Origin: Eledone cirrhosa
Lineage: Eukaryota
Direction: 5' to 3'
Length of the DNA stretch: 64,000 bases
Assembly: GCA_964016885.1 (NCBI GenBank)
Contig: OZ024744.1
Span: 101,804,001-101,868,000, forward strand
Below are positions 62,405 to 64,000 of the stretch, in pieces; the stretch's first letter is position 1; every line of letters starts with the position of its first letter. The notes under the pieces are model-generated. The model saw only the letters and a list, made by a program, of their open reading frames with translations, was not told the origin of the DNA and made no database searches. The translations under genes and the position numbers were made by a program.

Positions 62405-64000
62405 TGTTTATTGTTGGCATTGTTTATTGTTGGTTTGTTTATTGTTGGCTTTATTTATTGTTGGTTTGTTTATTACTGGCTTTGTTTATTGTTGGTTTGT
62501 TTATTGTTGGCTTTGTTTATTGTTGGTTTATTTATTGTTGGCTTTGTTTATTGTTGGTTTGTTTATTGTTGGCTTTGTTTATTGTTGGTTTATTTATTGT
62601 TGGTTTGTTTATTGTTGGCTTTGTTTATTGTTTGTTTGTTTATTGCTGGTTTGTTTATTGTTGGTGTATTTATTATTAGCTTTGTTTATTGTTGGCTTTG
62701 TTTATTGTTGGTATGTTTATTGTTGGTTTGTTTATTGTTGGCTTTGCTTATTATTGGCTTTATTAATGTTGGTTTGTTTATTGTTGGCTTTGTTTATTGT
62801 TGGTTTGTTTATTGATGGTTTGTTTATTGTTGGTTTGTTTATTGTTGGCTTTGTTTATTTTTGGTTTATTTATTACTGGCTTTGTTTATTGTTGGTTTGT
62901 TTATTGTTGGCTTTGTTTATTGTTGGTTTGTTATTGTTGGTTTGTTTATTGCTGGCTTTGTTTAATGTTGGTTTGTTTATTGTTGGGTTTTTTTATTGTT
63001 GGATTAGTTTATTGTTGGTTTGTTTATTGTTGGCTTTGTCTATTATTGGTTTGTTTATTGTTGGCTTTTTTATTGCGGGTTTGTTTATTGTTGGCTTTGT
63101 TTGTTTTTGGTTTGTTTATTGTTGGCTTTGTTTATTTTTGGTTTGTTTATTATTGGCTTTGTTTATTGTTGGTTTGTTTACTGTTGGCTTCGTTTATTTT
63201 TGGTTTGTTTATTGTTGGCTTTGTTTATTGTTGGATTTGTTTCTTGTTGGTTTGTTTATAGTTGGCTTTGTTTATTGTTGGCGTTGTTTATTGTTGGCTT
63301 TGTTTATTGTTGGTTTGGTATTATTGGCTTTGTTTACTGTTGGTTTGCTTATTGGAGGCTTTGTTTATTGATGGTTTGTTTATTATTGGCTTGAATTATT
63401 GTTGGCTTGTTTATTGTTGGTTTGTTTATTGTTGGCTTTGTTTAATGTTGGTTTCTTTTTTGGTGGCTTTGTTTATTGTTGATTTGTTTATTGTTGGTTT
63501 GTTTATTGTTGGCCTTGTTTATTGTTGGTTTGTTTATTGTTGGTTTGTTTATTATTAGCTTTGTTTATTGTTGGTTTGTTTATTGTTGGTTTGTTTATTG
63601 TTGGTTTGTTTATTGTTGGCTTTGTTTATTGTTGGTTTGTTTATTGCTGGCTTTGTTTAATGTTGGTTTGTATATTGTTGGCTTTTTATATTGTGGTTTG
63701 TTTATTGTTGGCTTTGTTTATTGTTGGCGTTGTTTATTGTTGGCTTTGTTTATTGTTGGTTTGGTATTATTGGCTTTGTTTACTGTTGGTTTGCTTATTG
63801 GTGGCTTTGTTTATTGATGGTTTGTTTATTGTTGGCTTTGTTTATTGTTGGTTTGTTTATTATTGGCTTGAATTATTGTTGGCTTTTTTATTGTTGGTTT
63901 GTTTATTGTTGGCTTTGTTTATTGTTGGTTTCTTTATTGGTGGCTTTGTTTATTGTTGATTTGTTTATTGTTGGTTTGTTTATTGTTGGCTTTGTTTATT
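62405..64000 (+). repeat. 15/16-bp satellite array 9, 3' partial
   Basis: Continuous tandem monomers to the window end. Confidence 0.98.

Larger units (their letters stand above)
1..64000 (+). repeat. Composite macrosatellite: tandem units of [~1.1 kb minisatellite/SINE cassette + 2.9-8.1 kb 15/16-bp satellite array]; runs off both window ends
   Basis: Nine same-orientation cassettes start at 6182, 15326, 24518, 33306, 37375, 43170, 48903, 54950 and 61243. Each is preceded by the same ~300 bp series of variant satellite monomers. Confidence 0.97.

Noticed and set aside
12-63959. Hundreds of overlapping + strand ORFs (up to 868 aa) encoding hydrophobic LFIVG/FVYCW/LCLLL repeats that resemble membrane proteins
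   Set aside because: The 31-bp consensus has no TAA, TAG or TGA on the + strand, so all three frames stay open and give the same 31-aa cycle. Indels are not frame-preserving and stops occur only at random variants. The minus strand has TAA in every monomer, which explains its lack of ORFs.
1-64000. Telomerase-made telomeric repeat or G-quadruplex array
   Set aside because: The strand is T/G-rich but lacks TTAGGG/TTAGG units. Variants are inherited in kb-scale blocks, which points to recombinational origin. The consensus has only isolated GG doublets 13-14 nt apart. A subtelomeric location cannot be excluded.
1-64000. Whole window as a sequencing or assembly artefact
   Set aside because: Units carry hierarchically shared substitutions and indels consistent with real descent. 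Only the most identical pairs need read-level confirmation.

Overview
This window is non-coding eukaryotic satellite DNA, and I find no credible protein-coding gene. About 54 kb is a T/G-rich satellite of 15-bp (TTTGTTTATTGTTGG) and 16-bp (CTTTGTTTATTGTTGG) monomers, mostly alternating as a 31-bp dimer. It is interrupted nine times by a near-identical 0.85-1.17 kb cassette with this order: 26-bp minisatellite, 22/25-bp minisatellite, 192-bp tRNA-derived SINE with Pol III A/B boxes and a 17-20 bp target-site duplication, then 22/25-bp minisatellite again. Cassette plus satellite array forms a head-to-tail macrosatellite with periods of 9144, 9192, 8788, 4069, 5795, 5733, 6047 and 6293 bp. A single SINE insertion was therefore captured and then amplified passively with the array. 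From memory the SINE resembles octopus/cephalopod tRNA-SINEs; this is unverified. All ORFs in the track are artefacts of the stop-free + strand of the satellite. The most interesting points are the nested satellite/SINE architecture, a 9144-bp duplication junction that can be mapped to 9 bp, a deletion in two units that would let Pol III read from the SINE into the satellite, and a monomer packed with SOX/TCF/forkhead/AATAAA-like motifs.
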